In this document: piece by piece, positions 41,837 through 52,634 of the stretch
How positions within the stretch are numbered: the first letter of the stretch is position 1
How the letters are laid out: every line of letters starts with the position of its first letter
Made by a program: the position numbers and the translations under genes
Source of the DNA: an uncultured delta proteobacterium
GTDB taxonomy: Bacteria; Desulfobacterota; Binatia; UBA9968
Assembly (NCBI GenBank): GCA_963847445.1
Contig: CAWJZV010000034.1
Coordinates: 128,001-192,000 of the forward strand
Reading direction: 5' to 3'
Length of the DNA: 64,000 nucleotides
The notes under the pieces: model-generated
Database searches by the model: none
What the model was told of the DNA's origin: nothing
What the model saw: only the letters and a program-made list of their open reading frames with translations

Positions 41837-41983
41837 CTAACCTTTCTTCGCTGCCGATGGCTCGGCTTGATACGGGAAAATTTTTCTAATGAGCAGGATC
41901 ATGACGCTGATGAGCCAGAGGACCAACATGGTCCCGCCCATACCGATCAACGCCAGCGTCCAGCCGAACGTCCAGGTATCCAT
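41837..41983 (-). CDS. OadG/MmdD-like small membrane subunit (48 aa, below the ORF-track cutoff)
   Basis: AAGGAG RBS; MDTWTFGWTLALIGMGGTMLVLWLISVMILLIRKIFPYQAEPSAAKKG*; GM-hydrophobic TM pattern; lies between BCCP and oadB. Confidence 0.78.
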   Translation of the reverse strand: MDTWTFGWTLALIGMGGTMLVLWLISVMILLIRKIFPYQAEPSAAKKG

Positions 41984-42034
41984 GAAATCTCCTTGTGGGA
42001 TTAGATCGCTGAGCTAACGGGATGCAATCTGCGA

Positions 42035-42250
42035 TTATTCGATGACCGCGAGAACTTGCTCGGCTTCGACGGCTTGGCCGGGAGAAACTTTGATTTCTTT
42101 GACGACGCCACCAGCGGGAGCCACGACGGGAATTTCCATCTTCATGGCTTCCATGACGATGACGATATCGTCTTCTTCGACGCGGTCGCCGACTTGCTTT
42201 TCTATCTTAAGGACCTTGCCCACCATCGGGGCTTCAATCGTTGTTGCCAA
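42035..42250 (-). CDS. Stand-alone biotin carboxyl carrier protein
   Basis: APMVGKV and EAMKM biotinylation motif; TTG start with AAGGAG RBS. Confidence 0.93.
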   Translation of the reverse strand: MATTIEAPMVGKVLKIEKQVGDRVEEDDIVIVMEAMKMEIPVVAPAGGVVKEIKVSPGQAVEAEQVLAVIE

Positions 42251-42495
42251 GCGAGATCTCCTTTATTGATTCGTAAATTGATTCGTACGCAGTCTCTAGT
42301 CGGCGTAATGGGGCGCCGACCGTAGCCGCCATTTAGTAGAGTTTCACCTTCAAAGTCAATGCTATAAACAGATTCGCCGTAGCGTCTGGCGACGCGCTCT
42401 GGGTGGCACGTCATCGCCGCGACGCGCCGGCCGTCACCTTGCTTTCGCCCGGTCGATACGATATTAACTCTGGCAAGTTTTTGCGGAGGAAATTT

Positions 42496-43588
42496 ATGTC
42501 GAAACCAGCAGATGCAGTCCGATAACGTGATGGATAATATCCCCTTTTACGATAAGTGGCAGTTGGGCGAGGGGATTCCGATCATGAAAACCTTTTTCGT
42601 CCAAGATCTAAAGAAAGTCGAACTCAAACCCTGGGCGCGGATCGGCGGCAGCGGCGCGTTTATCAACATGGAAGGCGCGGAAGGCGCCACCGGCGCCTAT
42701 GTCAGCGAAATTCCCGCCGGCAAAAAATTGAACCCGATGCGCCATCTCTACGAAGATTTGCATTTCGTCCTCAAGGGCCGCGGCGCGACGACGATCTGGA
42801 ACGACAAGGGCGTCAAGACGCAATTCGAATGGCACGATGGCAGCCTGTTCGCGTTGCCGCTCAATTGTACCTATCAGCACTTCAATGGTTCGGGCGACGA
42901 GCCGGCGCGATTTTTCTCGGTCAACAGCGCGCCCATCGTCTTCAACCTGTTTCACCATGAGGACTTTGTCTTCAACACGCCGCGGGATTTCACTGATCGT
43001 TTCGATGGCGACCCGGAATATTTTAGCGGCAAGGGCAAAGCCTATCCGGGCCGGGTCTGGGATACCAACTTCATCGCCGACGCGCGCAGCTTTGCGCTGG
43101 AAGATTGGGTCGAGCGCGGCGGCGGTGGCAAAAACGTCATGTTGGAAATGGCCAACGGTTCCATGGCCGCGCATATCTCGGAATTTCCGGTTGGCACCTA
43201 CAAGAAAGCCCATCGCCATGGTCCTGGCTTCAACGTCATCATCATCAAGGGCAAAGGTTTCTCGATGTTCTGGCGCCAGGGCGAGGAGCCGAAACGTTAC
43301 GATTGGCAGGATGGCAGCGTTTTCACACCGCCGGCGATGATGTGGCACCAGCACTTCAACACCGGCGCCACCGGGGCGCGCTACTTGCCGCCGCGTTTGG
43401 GCGGGATCAAGTACAGCCTGGGTGAGGGCTTTGGCGATATCACTAAAGTTGACAAGGACGTCAAAGCCGGCGGCAATCAAATCGAGTACTTCGACGAGGA
43501 CCCCAACATCCGCAAGATGTTCGAGGAAGAGCTCGCCAAGTCCGGCACGACGACCAAGATGGATCCGAATTTCTACAAGAGGCCTTAA
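42496..43588 (+). CDS. Bicupin protein (gentisate 1,2-dioxygenase-like fold)
   Basis: RHLYE..FVLKGRG, YQHFN, KAHRHGPG and WHQHFN; ATG 42496 follows GGAGG and has a probable early frameshift. Confidence 0.85.
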
Positions 43589-43613
43589 TCGTCATCGTTT
43601 ATTTTGGTTTATC

Positions 43614-43646
43614 AGCCCCGCAGGGTGATGCCCTGCGGGGCTTTTT
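43614..43646 (+). terminator. Rho-independent terminator
   Basis: AGCCCCGCAGGG-tgatg-CCCTGCGGGGCT followed by a T run. Confidence 0.9.
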
Positions 43647-43711
43647 GCATTGGGCGCGCAATTGAAGAAAATTCGTTGAGCCGCAATCGACGGTTGTGTT
43701 AGATTGAGCCA

Positions 43712-44112
43712 ATGACTGGTCGCTGTCGCCATTTTTCCCGCTGCTTGATGGTCATTGGATTCTTGGTGAGCGCCAATCGCGCCAGTGCGGCTGAAGCGGT
43801 TGGACAAAAAGCCACGGTGTCCGGAACGCCGGCGACCCAGGGAAACGGTGCCGCCAAAACCGCCGCACCAGCCGTTGCCAAAAGCGAAAAATCGCCGCCG
43901 GCAACGGCAACCGCCGCGCCGGTGGAAGTGGCCCGAACCACTCCGACGGATGGGAAATCGCCTTCCTTATTACAATTGCTTGAAGCCCATGAAACGGAAG
44001 TCAAGATCGCCTTAGCTGGTTGGCGGTGGTCGCTTTCGTCTTGGGCTGGGTTTGTGGCGGTCTCTACTCCGTCCGGCGCGAGCGCAAGTACCGGCGGCGC
44101 CTGCGTCTCTAG
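43712..44112 (+). CDS. Hypothetical protein with signal peptide, Ala/Pro/Thr-rich region and C-terminal TM plus basic tail
   Basis: After a frameshift near 44020 it reads LAVVAFVLGWVCGGLYSVRRERKYRRRLRL*. Confidence 0.55.
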
Positions 44113-44137
44113 GCTAGCGCGCGGTCGCCTCTGACGC

Positions 44138-44735
44138 ATGGAAATCATCGCGCTAATTGTTTTTGCCTATCTACTCGGTTCGATCCCGACAGGCTATATT
44201 CTGGGCAAGATTGCCGGGGTTGATGTGCGCCAAGTGGGCAGCGGTAATGTCGGCGCGACCAATGTCGCGCGGGCGGTCGGCAAATGGCAGGGCGTTTTAA
44301 CTTTGCTGGCGGATGCAATGAAAGGCATGCTGCCGGCAGCGATCGGTCTTGCGATGATGCTACCATCGGCGGCGATCGCGGCACTCTCCGCCGCGGCCTT
44401 TCTCGGTCATCTCTATCCGATCTTTTTGAACTTTCGCGGCGGCAAAGGGGTGGCGACGGCACTAGGAGCGCTCTTGGTCATTGCGCCGCTGGCCGGTGTT
44501 ACTGTTGGTGGCAATCTTCGCTGCGGTGGTTTTTCCTACCCGCCTGGTGTCGTTGAGCTCGATCGTCGCAGCCGCCTCGGCCCCGTTCGCGCTCTGGCTG
44601 TTTTTACAGCCCCGAGCGATCGTCCTGCTGGGGGCTTTTCTTGCCGCGATGATCGTCTGGCGTCATCGCGGCAATATTCAGCGTTTACGAGCCGGTACCG
44701 AGCCGCGCTTTGACGCGCATTCAAGTTCTGATTAA
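44138..44735 (+). CDS. plsY: Glycerol-3-phosphate acyltransferase PlsY (frameshift near 44500)
   Basis: YLLGSIP, GSGNVGATN, DAMKG, GHLYPIF..FRGGKGVAT and RHRGNIQRL..GTE. Confidence 0.94.
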
Positions 44736-45442
44736 TTTTCGATAATCACTTCGACGCGGCGATTCTGCTGCCGTCCGCTTTCGCTGTCGTTGCTCGCCAC
44801 CGGCGCGCGGGTGCCGACCCCCTGGGACGAAATGTTTCTGCCGTTGACACCGCTTCTCTCCAAGCTATCGGCCACGGTGGCGGCGCGCCGTTCCGATAAG
44901 CGCTGGTTGTAGGCTTCGGCGGCGGCGCTCTCCCGGCTGGCGTGGCCTTCGACGGTGATGCGGCGATTGGGCGCATCGCGGCGTATGATGTTGGCGATCT
45001 GATTGACTCGCTCGCGACCGTCGCGCGAGAGATCGGCGCTGTCAAATTCAAAATTGACGCTCGGCAAATTGACCATGACGCCGCGGCTGGTTTCCTTCGC
45101 TTCGATCTTATTTTTTTTCAGTTCTTCGATCAGCACGCGATTTTTCTCGAGTTCGGCTCTTTGCTGGTCAATGGATTTCTGTTGTTCCTTTTGGCGATTT
45201 TCCTGGCCCTGCAGCTGGTCGCCGATCAATGCACCAGTGCCCAAGCCTAACACGCCGCCGACAGCCGCACCGACGCCTGGATGGCCGATTGCAGCGCCAA
45301 TCAAGCCACCTGCGGCGGCACCGCCAAGTGCGCCAATGCCGGCGCCTTTTTCACGGGTGGTGATTTCACCGCCGGCACAGCCCGACAGGACTGCGGCGAC
45401 CAATAGTAGTGCGTTTGTGGATAGTCGATTGGTATTTTTCAT
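44732..45442 (-). CDS. OmpA-family lipoprotein with glycine zipper
   Basis: LSGC lipobox, Gly zipper, FEFDSA, VEGHA, NQRLSERRA and NRRVEV. Confidence 0.92.
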   Translation of the reverse strand: MKNTNRLSTNALLLVAAVLSGCAGGEITTREKGAGIGALGGAAAGGLIGAAIGHPGVGAAVGGVLGLGTGALIGDQLQGQENRQKEQQKSIDQQRAELEKNRVLIEELKKNKIEAKETSRGVMVNLPSVNFEFDSADLSRDGRERVNQIANIIRRDAPNRRITVEGHASRESAAAEAYNQRLSERRAATVADSLERSGVNGRNISSQGVGTRAPVASNDSESGRQQNRRVEVIIEN

Positions 45443-45619
45443 AATTCCTCCTCGGCCTTCTGCTATGTAGCCTTCGGCCGTCTCTGGTTAGACGTACTGA
45501 AACGATAAATAGATAAGCGGCGGTCGGCAACTTTCTACGATTGTCCTCGATATACGCTTTAGCGCTAACTCAGTATTTGCCCTGGCGGCGGTATTTTTCG
45601 CTCGTCGCGTTTTTGCCGC

Positions 45620-45750
45620 GCTATTGCCGTGGCGTCGATTGGGCGCTGCGCATCGCGCTTGTTTGGCCTCTGGGCCTTGGAGCTGATTGCCGATCAAGGT
45701 AGCGGCGCCCAGCCCTAAAGCGCCGCCGACCGCCGCGCCGGGAATTGAGC
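45620..45750 (-). pseudogene. Remnant paralog of the glycine-zipper region of the adjacent OmpA gene
   Basis: PGAAVGGALGLGAATLIGNQLQGPEAKQ versus GVGAAVGGVLGLGTGALIGDQLQGQENRQ; no recognisable start or lipobox. Confidence 0.5.
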
Positions 45751-46000
45751 AGCATAGCTGCAATAAACAATATGCCAACCGGTTTATTGAACCTCCTGCC
45801 TGGACGGATCGGGTGTATTGGCAGTAACTACCGGTAAATATTAGCAAACAGCCGCAAATGCAGCAAGCGAACAGTGAGCGATTCACGGGACTTTCAGAGA
45901 ATTCGTCGGCAGTTGACGGCGCGATTGGCTGGATTAAGGTCACGTTATTGACCTCATAGACCTTATAGGTCTATAGTTCCTTCGCGTCGAGAGGAACCTC

Positions 46001-47104
46001 GTGGAAAATATTTCGCAAGAACAAATCATTGAAGCGTTGCGCAACGTCCAAGACCCCGAACTTCACCGCGATATCGTCAGCCTGGGGATGGTCAAAGAAC
46101 TCGCCATCGACAACGGCCGAGTGCGTTTTACCGTGGAATTGACCACGCCGGCCTGTCCGCTGCGCGAAACCATTGAAACCGATTGTAAAAAGGCTTTGAG
46201 CGCGATCCCCGGCATCACCGGCCTGGAGATAAACTTCGGTGCCCAAGTGCGCGGCAGCAAGGCCGGCGCCGGGCAAACCGATTTACTGCCGACGGTTAAA
46301 AATGTCGTCCTGGTGGCGGCGGGAAAGGGCGGTGTCGGCAAATCGACGGTTGCGGCTAATCTGGCTGTGGCGCTACATATGCTCGGCGCCAAGGCCGGGC
46401 TGCTCGACGCCGACATTTACGGGCCATCGGTGCCGATCATCATGGGCGTCAAAGGCGAGCCGAAAAAAATCGAAGTTGGCGGTGTCCAAAAAATCGAACC
46501 GACGATGGCCCATGGCGTCCCGGTGATGTCCATCGGCTTTTTTCTCGATGCCGATCAGGCGGTGATTTGGCGCGGGCCGATGCTCGGCAAGGCGTTGCAC
46601 CAACTGATGGGCGACGTGCATTGGGGCGAGTTGGATTATCTGGTCGTCGATATGCCTCCAGGCACCGGCGATGTGCAAATTACTTTTTCGCAACAGCTCA
46701 AGGTGAGCGGCGCCCTGTTGGTGGCGACGCCGCAACATGTCGCCCTGGCCGATGTCGTGCGGGCGAAATCGATGTTCGACAAGGTGATGATTCCGATCGT
46801 CGGACTGGTCGAGAATATGAGCTATTTCATCTGCGATGGCTGTAACAAGGAACATGATATTTTTTCCCGCGGCGGCGCCAAACAGGCGGCCGAACGCTTT
46901 CATATTCCCTTTCTCGGCGAGATTCCGATCACGCCGGCGCTGCGCCAGGGCGGCGACGAAGGCGTGCCGATCTTGATTCAGGATCCAAACTCGCCGGTGA
47001 GCAAGAGTTTTCTCGATATCGCCGGCAAATTGGCCGGGCAACTGTCGATCGCCGCCGAACGCGGCAACAAGGGTCAGGGACCGACGATCATTACCACGCA
47101 TTGA
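46001..47104 (+). CDS. mrp: Mrp/ApbC (NBP35) Fe-S carrier ATPase with N-terminal DUF59 domain
   Basis: DPELHRDIV, LTTPACP, GKGGVGKST, DADIYGPS, WRGPM, DMPPGTGD and ENMS..ICDGC. Confidence 0.94.
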   Translation: MENISQEQIIEALRNVQDPELHRDIVSLGMVKELAIDNGRVRFTVELTTPACPLRETIETDCKKALSAIPGITGLEINFGAQVRGSKAGAGQTDLLPTVKNVVLVAAGKGGVGKSTVAANLAVALHMLGAKAGLLDADIYGPSVPIIMGVKGEPKKIEVGGVQKIEPTMAHGVPVMSIGFFLDADQAVIWRGPMLGKALHQLMGDVHWGELDYLVVDMPPGTGDVQITFSQQLKVSGALLVATPQHVALADVVRAKSMFDKVMIPIVGLVENMSYFICDGCNKEHDIFSRGGAKQAAERFHIPFLGEIPITPALRQGGDEGVPILIQDPNSPVSKSFLDIAGKLAGQLSIAAERGNKGQGPTIITTH

Positions 47105-47152
47105 AGCGTGGTTAGGAGGTATTGGCAACCGCTCGCCAAGAGGAGAACTAGC

Positions 47153-47452
47153 ATGATTACCAAAGAACAGGTTTACGAAGCCTTGCATGAATGTTTCGAC
47201 CCGGAGATTCCCGTCAACATTGTCGATTTCGGATTGGTCTACGATGTCGAGGTGACTGATGACAAGGTCGCCGTCAAGATGACGCTGACCGCGCCGGGTT
47301 GCGGCATGGGCGGGATGATCGCGGCGGACGCCAAGGAGAAAATCATGGCCCTCGAAGGGGTCAGCGATGCCACAGTCGATCTGGTCTGGGAGCCGGCGTG
47401 GAATCCGAGCATGATCGCCGAGGAAGCCAAGCAGCGTCTCGGCATCGTCTGA
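47153..47452 (+). CDS. DUF59/SufT Fe-S assembly protein
   Basis: DPEIPVNIVDFGL, MTLTAPGCGM and VWEPAW. Confidence 0.9.
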   Translation: MITKEQVYEALHECFDPEIPVNIVDFGLVYDVEVTDDKVAVKMTLTAPGCGMGGMIAADAKEKIMALEGVSDATVDLVWEPAWNPSMIAEEAKQRLGIV

Positions 47453-47491
47453 ATCATCGGTAGTGACTCGCGTTAGCAGCTGATTTTGTCC

Positions 47492-48779
47492 ATGGACGAC
47501 AAACCACGAGTTCGCGCCATCGAAGCGTTTCCCGTCCAACAAGACGGCAAGACTCTCATCTATCTCAAAGACCCGCTCAATTTTGCCACGCCCCTGGGAA
47601 TATCCCCGGTAGGTTATTTTCTTTTAGCCCATTTCGATGGCCGCCATGCTTATAGCGATCTTTGCGAGGTATTCGAGCAACGATTTCGCGCGCCGCTGGC
47701 GCACGCGGAGTTCGATCAATTCGTCGCCATGCTCGATCAACACTATTATTTAAAAAGCGCGCGCTTTGAGCAATTCCAGCAATCTGTGATCGCCGAGTTT
47801 CGCGCTCGGCCCAGGCGCGCGCCGGCCCATGTCGGCGGTGGTTACAAGAGCGATCCGGTAGGACTGACAGCGCAGCTCGATAGTTATTTTGTCGCGCCCA
47901 GCGGTCCTGGACTGCCGTCGGTATCTAGCGGCGCGTCCATGCGAGACGCCCAAAGCGCCCAAAGCAATTGTCGCGCCGCACATCGATTTTCACCGTGGCG
48001 GCCCGGCCTACGCATGGGCTTACAAGCCGTTGGCTGAAAGTCCCGGCGCCGATCTCTATATTATCCTCGGCACGTCCCATTGTGGCGGCCAGACGCCTTA
48101 CATTCTCACCCGTAAAAGTTTTGAAACGCCGCTCGGCTTGGTCGAAACTGACGGCGAGTTCGTCGAGCAGTTACAGTCGCAGTGCGCCGAGGACTGTTTC
48201 ACCGACGAGTTTCTTCATCGCGGCGAGCATTCCATCGAGTTCCAGGTACTCTTCTTGAAATACATCGCGCAGAAACGCGCGGCGCTCACGGGCGAACCGG
48301 AAAAGCCGTTTAAGATCGTGCCGATCTTGGTTTCGTCATTTCACCCGATGATGGTAAGTCTGACGCCGCCGGAAGAGACCCCGGCGGTGGGCGATTTCTT
48401 GCGCGCGCTGCGCCAGTTAGCCCAACAAGAGGCGCGGCAAGTTTGTTTCGTCGCCGGCGTCGATCTCGCTCATGTCGGCAAACAGTTTGGCGACGAGGAG
48501 CCGGTCACGGATGACTTTCTCAAATGGGTCGAGGCGGAAGATCGCCAGCTGGTCGATCGTTTAAGCGCCTTGGATGCGCCGGGTTTTTTCCACGAGATTG
48601 CCAAAGACGAGGACAAACGCAAGATCTGCGGCTTCTCTCCGCTCTATTCACTGATTCATCTGCTCGACGGCGAGCGCGGTCATCATCTCCACTACGGGCA
48701 GGCGTTCACGCCGGAGACCGGTTCGGCGGTGACGTTTACCAGTCTGATCTTCAAGGGAGCAGACGAGACAGAGAACTGA
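47492..48779 (+). CDS. MEMO1 family (AmmeMemoRadiSam protein B) with N-terminal winged-helix extension, frameshift near 47940
   Basis: APHID, LGTSH, ETPLG, EHSIEFQ, DLAHVG and ICGFSP. Confidence 0.88.
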
Positions 48780-48834
48780 GATAGAGACAGTGATTTCGCA
48801 TCATGTCTTTTTTGTCTCAACTCTCTGGTCTCTC
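48764..48834. repeat. GAGACA-type hexamer-unit hairpin
   Basis: gagacagagaactgagatagagaca ... tgtctcaactctctggtctctc. Confidence 0.65.
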
Positions 48835-48854
48835 TTCACCGTAGGATGGGTCGA

Positions 48855-49180
48855 GGCGTTGCGCCGATTCCCATTCGTCCGGTTGGTGACTCTGAAGTTG
48901 CTGGCGTTGTATTTGGGCGCCGATCTGGTCATCAGGCCGTTGCCGTAGGTGAGGGAGTCTCTGCGGGCATCGAGCGTTGCATGGAACGTCGTTCACGTAG
49001 CCCGGCACGGAGTTCAATCGGCGCAACGTTGGCAAATAAAATCTTTGTGAAGTAGTTAGGATACGGAGTAGATGATCGGCGATCGTCCGTCATGAAGATA
49101 ACTGAACCGTTGGTCCGGGCTAGGGACGGTGAATTCGCTCCGTAACCACAGCAAATCGCTCGTTAGTGAGCAATCTTTTT
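48855..49180 (+). ncRNA. Candidate structured non-coding RNA (unassigned)
   Basis: 13-bp perfect inverted repeat 48857-48869/49016-49028 with further internal pairing; second closed domain 49059-49147; small hairpin followed by a T run at about 49157-49181. Confidence 0.3.
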
Positions 49181-49303
49181 TGCGTGAAATATGGCTCTGG
49201 GGCGATTGTAAGTTTCGCAGAGATTCCGCCGCACAAATGTTCCTCCGCGGGACCTAGACAATGCCCCCTAAACGGCGATAAGATGCCTTTCGGTTTCAAA
49301 GTT

Positions 49304-52300
49304 ATGGGACAGGAAGAATATCAAGAGCTCTCCTCGTTCCTGAAGCGCTTCAGCCGGCGCTTCAAGCTGCTCCGAGGGATCGAGGGTATCTGCCTCACGG
49401 CGATTTGCGCCGTGCTGCTGTTCGGCGCCGGTCTCGGCATCTACCAACTGCGGCAGCTCTTGCCCTATGCGCCGCTGGCCTACTCCATTTTAACTGGAAT
49501 TGTTCTTCTCGCTGCCATCGGTTGGACCCTCTTTCGCTTTCTCGGCCGCTTATCGCAGGAGCGAGCGGCGCTCTATATCGAACAGCAGCAGCCCAAACTG
49601 CGCAACAATCTAATTAACTCGCTGCAACTCTATCCCCAGGTCGCCGAGGCGAAGAATACTCCCGGCTTCTCGTCGACGATGGTGTTTGCGCTCTTGCGCG
49701 CGACCCGCAAGCAGGTGGCGGCGCTGAAAATCGACGAACTGCTCGATCACCGCCGGATTCGCTCCAGCGCCAGGCTGCTGGTGTTTCTCATTCTGCCGGT
49801 GTTGGCGACGGTATTTCTCAATCCGTCCTGGGTCGGCGGGACATTGAATATGTTGGCGAACCCGCTCGACCATCTGCCACCGAGTCAGACAACTATTGAA
49901 GTTGAACCCAAGGGCATGCGTGTCGTGCGCGGCAGCCCGGTGACGATCCAGGCCGCCACCGGCGGCGCGCTGCCGCAGTCTCTGGAACTGATCACCTGGC
50001 AAGGCAGCAATGCCAAAGGCGAGCTCATCGGCCAGGAAAAGACCGCCATGGAAAATCTTGGCGGCGGCAAGTTCAGCTGGAAAATCGCCCGCCTCGACAA
50101 AACCCTGCGCTACCGCGCGGTGACCGGCGCGTTCACTTCGGCCACCTTCACCGCCGAAGCGGTGGACACGCCGGAGATCGCCAATGTTCAGCTCATGCTC
50201 TATCCGCCGGCCTACACCGGTCTGGCGTCGATCTCGTCGCCGGAAGGCAGCATCGAAGGACTCAAGGGCTCGTCGCTGCGCCTCGATGCGGTCACCACCA
50301 AGGATGTCGTCAAGGCCGAGATCGTCATGGACGACGGCAAGAAGATCCCGCTCAAGATCGATGGCCGGAAGCTGCAAGCGAATCTGGTGCTGTTTCAGTC
50401 CCAGTCCTACCGCATTCAGGTCGAGGACAGTCATGGCTTTAAGAATTCGCCGATCAGCTACGAACTGCGCGTCAAGCCCGATGGTTTTCCTACCGTCGAC
50501 CTGCTCCGGCCGACGGAAGATTTGGAAATCAACGGCGACGAGGTTTTGAATTTAGAATACAGCGCGCGCGACGATTTCGGCATCGGCGAGATCAATCTGA
50601 TCGTCAAGATCGGCGAACGCGAAGATAAGATCCGTCTCGCCAGGGACGATTCCAAGCGGCTGATCCTGCGCGATCAATATAAGATGGATTTGGGCCGACT
50701 CGGCCTGCGCGACCAAGACGACGCGCTGTTTTTCCTGCAAGTTTTCGACAACGACACCATCTCCGGCCCCAAACTGGGCACCTCGAAGTCGATCCGCTTG
50801 AAGCTCAAGAATCTGAAAGGCGAACATCAGCAGATCGCCGAGATGGTCAAAGACTTGAACACGCGCATGATGAATCTCCTGGCCGATCATCTAGAAACGC
50901 CCAATCCGGGTGACAAGCCGACGGCGCAGTCGAAAGAAATGGAACAACGCTTCGAGCAAAACTTGGCCGACGCCGCCAAGCGCACCGAAGAGATCATGCG
51001 CCGCACGGAAAAAGACCGCATGACGGACTTCGCCACCTATTCCGATCTCCAGGCGCTCAAGCGCAATCTCGACTTCACCAAGGACGATCTTTTGCGCAAG
51101 CAAGAGCAAGCCGCCAACGCCGACGACAAGCTCAAGAGCGCGCGACGAGATATCGTCCGAGCTCGAGCGCATGTCGCTGTTGTCCGAGGACATCGGCAAG
51201 CGCATGAAAGCCCAAGAGCTCGCTTCGACGGCGCAGGATCTGGCGCGCAACCAAGAGCGGCTGATGGATTCCCTCGACAAGCTGCAAAGCGGCGACAAGA
51301 ATCTCGACGCGATCATGAAGCAGATCGCCGATCTGGCGAAATCGCTGATGGAGTTGCAGCAGGCGATGGCGCAGCTGGCGCAGCAGATGCCCGACGATTT
51401 CATGAATGCCGAGCAGATGCAGGGGCTCGGCATGGACGAGATGTTCAAGGCCCTCGACGAGATCCGCAAAAAACTCCAGGCCGGCGACATCGAGGGCGCG
51501 CGCCAGTTGGCGCGCGAGCTGTTCAATCAAATGGCGCAAATGGTCGCGGCGATGCAGAACATGCAGCGCTCGCAGATGGCCTCGAGCATGGGGCGCATGC
51601 AGGGCGAAATGCAGCGCCAGACCAACGAGCTCCAAGAGATCGCCCGCGAGCAGCAGGAGATTTTGGTCAAGACCGAGAATCTTAATAGCGCCGGCCTCAC
51701 CGAACGCGACGCCGCGCTAAAATCGAAGCTGGAACAGTTCCTGGCGCGCTCCATCGCCGAGTTGGGCAAACTCACCGAGCTGTTTCCCGACCGCGAGGGG
51801 CCCGACGATCCCAACCTGCTGACCAATTTGGACGACGCCACCATGAACGCGCTGTTGCGCAACTTGATCGCCAAGTTGAGCCAGAAGGATTTCCCCGGCT
51901 TCAACGAAGGCGACGGCTATATCCGCAAGGAGCTGGCGAAAAAGCGCACGCCGGTGCAGGAGCCCAAAGCGCAGCGGGCGGACAAAAGCATCGGCGACAT
52001 CAAGAATGAGCTGGACAAACTGCTCAACGAACCGGCGCAAGCCTTGAGCGACGCCGATAAACGCGCGTTGCGCGAACTGGCCCAACGCGAGGACGTTTTG
52101 AAGGAACGGACCGAGACGCTGCATGAAAAGCTGGAATCGCTGTTTCAGCTCTTCCCCCAACTCGATCCCAAGATCGTCCAGGGCATCGGCGAAGCCGGCA
52201 AGGCGATGGGCAGCGCCCAGGGCCGCTTAGGCCAGCTCGACTCCCGCGGCGCGGTGCCGCCGGAGCGCCGGCATTGGAACGGTTGGCCCAGTCACAGCAG

Positions 52301-52624
52301 CAGATGCAGCAGTCGATGCAGCAAATGGCCCAGCGCGGGCAGATGGGCAATATGCCGATGACCCGCTTGTTCCGCCAGGGTGGGCCGGGCCGCTTCTTGC
52401 CGTTCGGCAGCCTGACGCCGCTGCCGGGCATGCCGCAATTCCCCGAGTTCGACTTTGAACAGGGCTTCACCGGGCTCGACACGGAAAAGTTCCGCCTGCC
52501 CGGCAAAGAAGAATACAAAGCACCGCGCAACTTCCGCGAAGAGATTCTCGACTCTCTCAAGCAGGGCGTGCCTCGGCAGATGAAAGAGCAGATCGAGCGC
52601 TATTTCAAAAATCTTTCCGAGTGA
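49304..52624 (+). CDS. DUF4175-like large membrane-anchored coiled-coil protein (frameshifted)
   Basis: N-terminal TMs, LRNNLINSLQL, PPAYTGL, ARDDFGI, DNDTISGPK, long Q/M-rich coiled coil, ERYFKNL end. Confidence 0.78.
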
Positions 52625-52634
52625 TCGCCGCTTG

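Noticed and set aside
42471-42485. Sigma54 promoter upstream of the cupin gene (TGGCAAGTTTTTGC)
   Set aside because: GG-GC spacing is 9 rather than 10, and the site is too close to the RBS. A homopolymer error cannot be excluded.
42496-43588. Assigning the bicupin as a gentisate or protocatechuate ring-cleavage enzyme acting downstream of PobA
   Set aside because: Only the fold is supported. It is about 24 kb from pobA, monocistronic, and the substrate cannot be inferred from sequence.
48855-49260. RNase P RNA, SRP RNA, tmRNA or retron msr-msd
   Set aside because: GTCCGGGCT is present, but the GAGGAAAGTCC context and 3' consensus of RNase P are missing. There is no SRP loop motif, no tRNA-like ends and no reverse transcriptase nearby.
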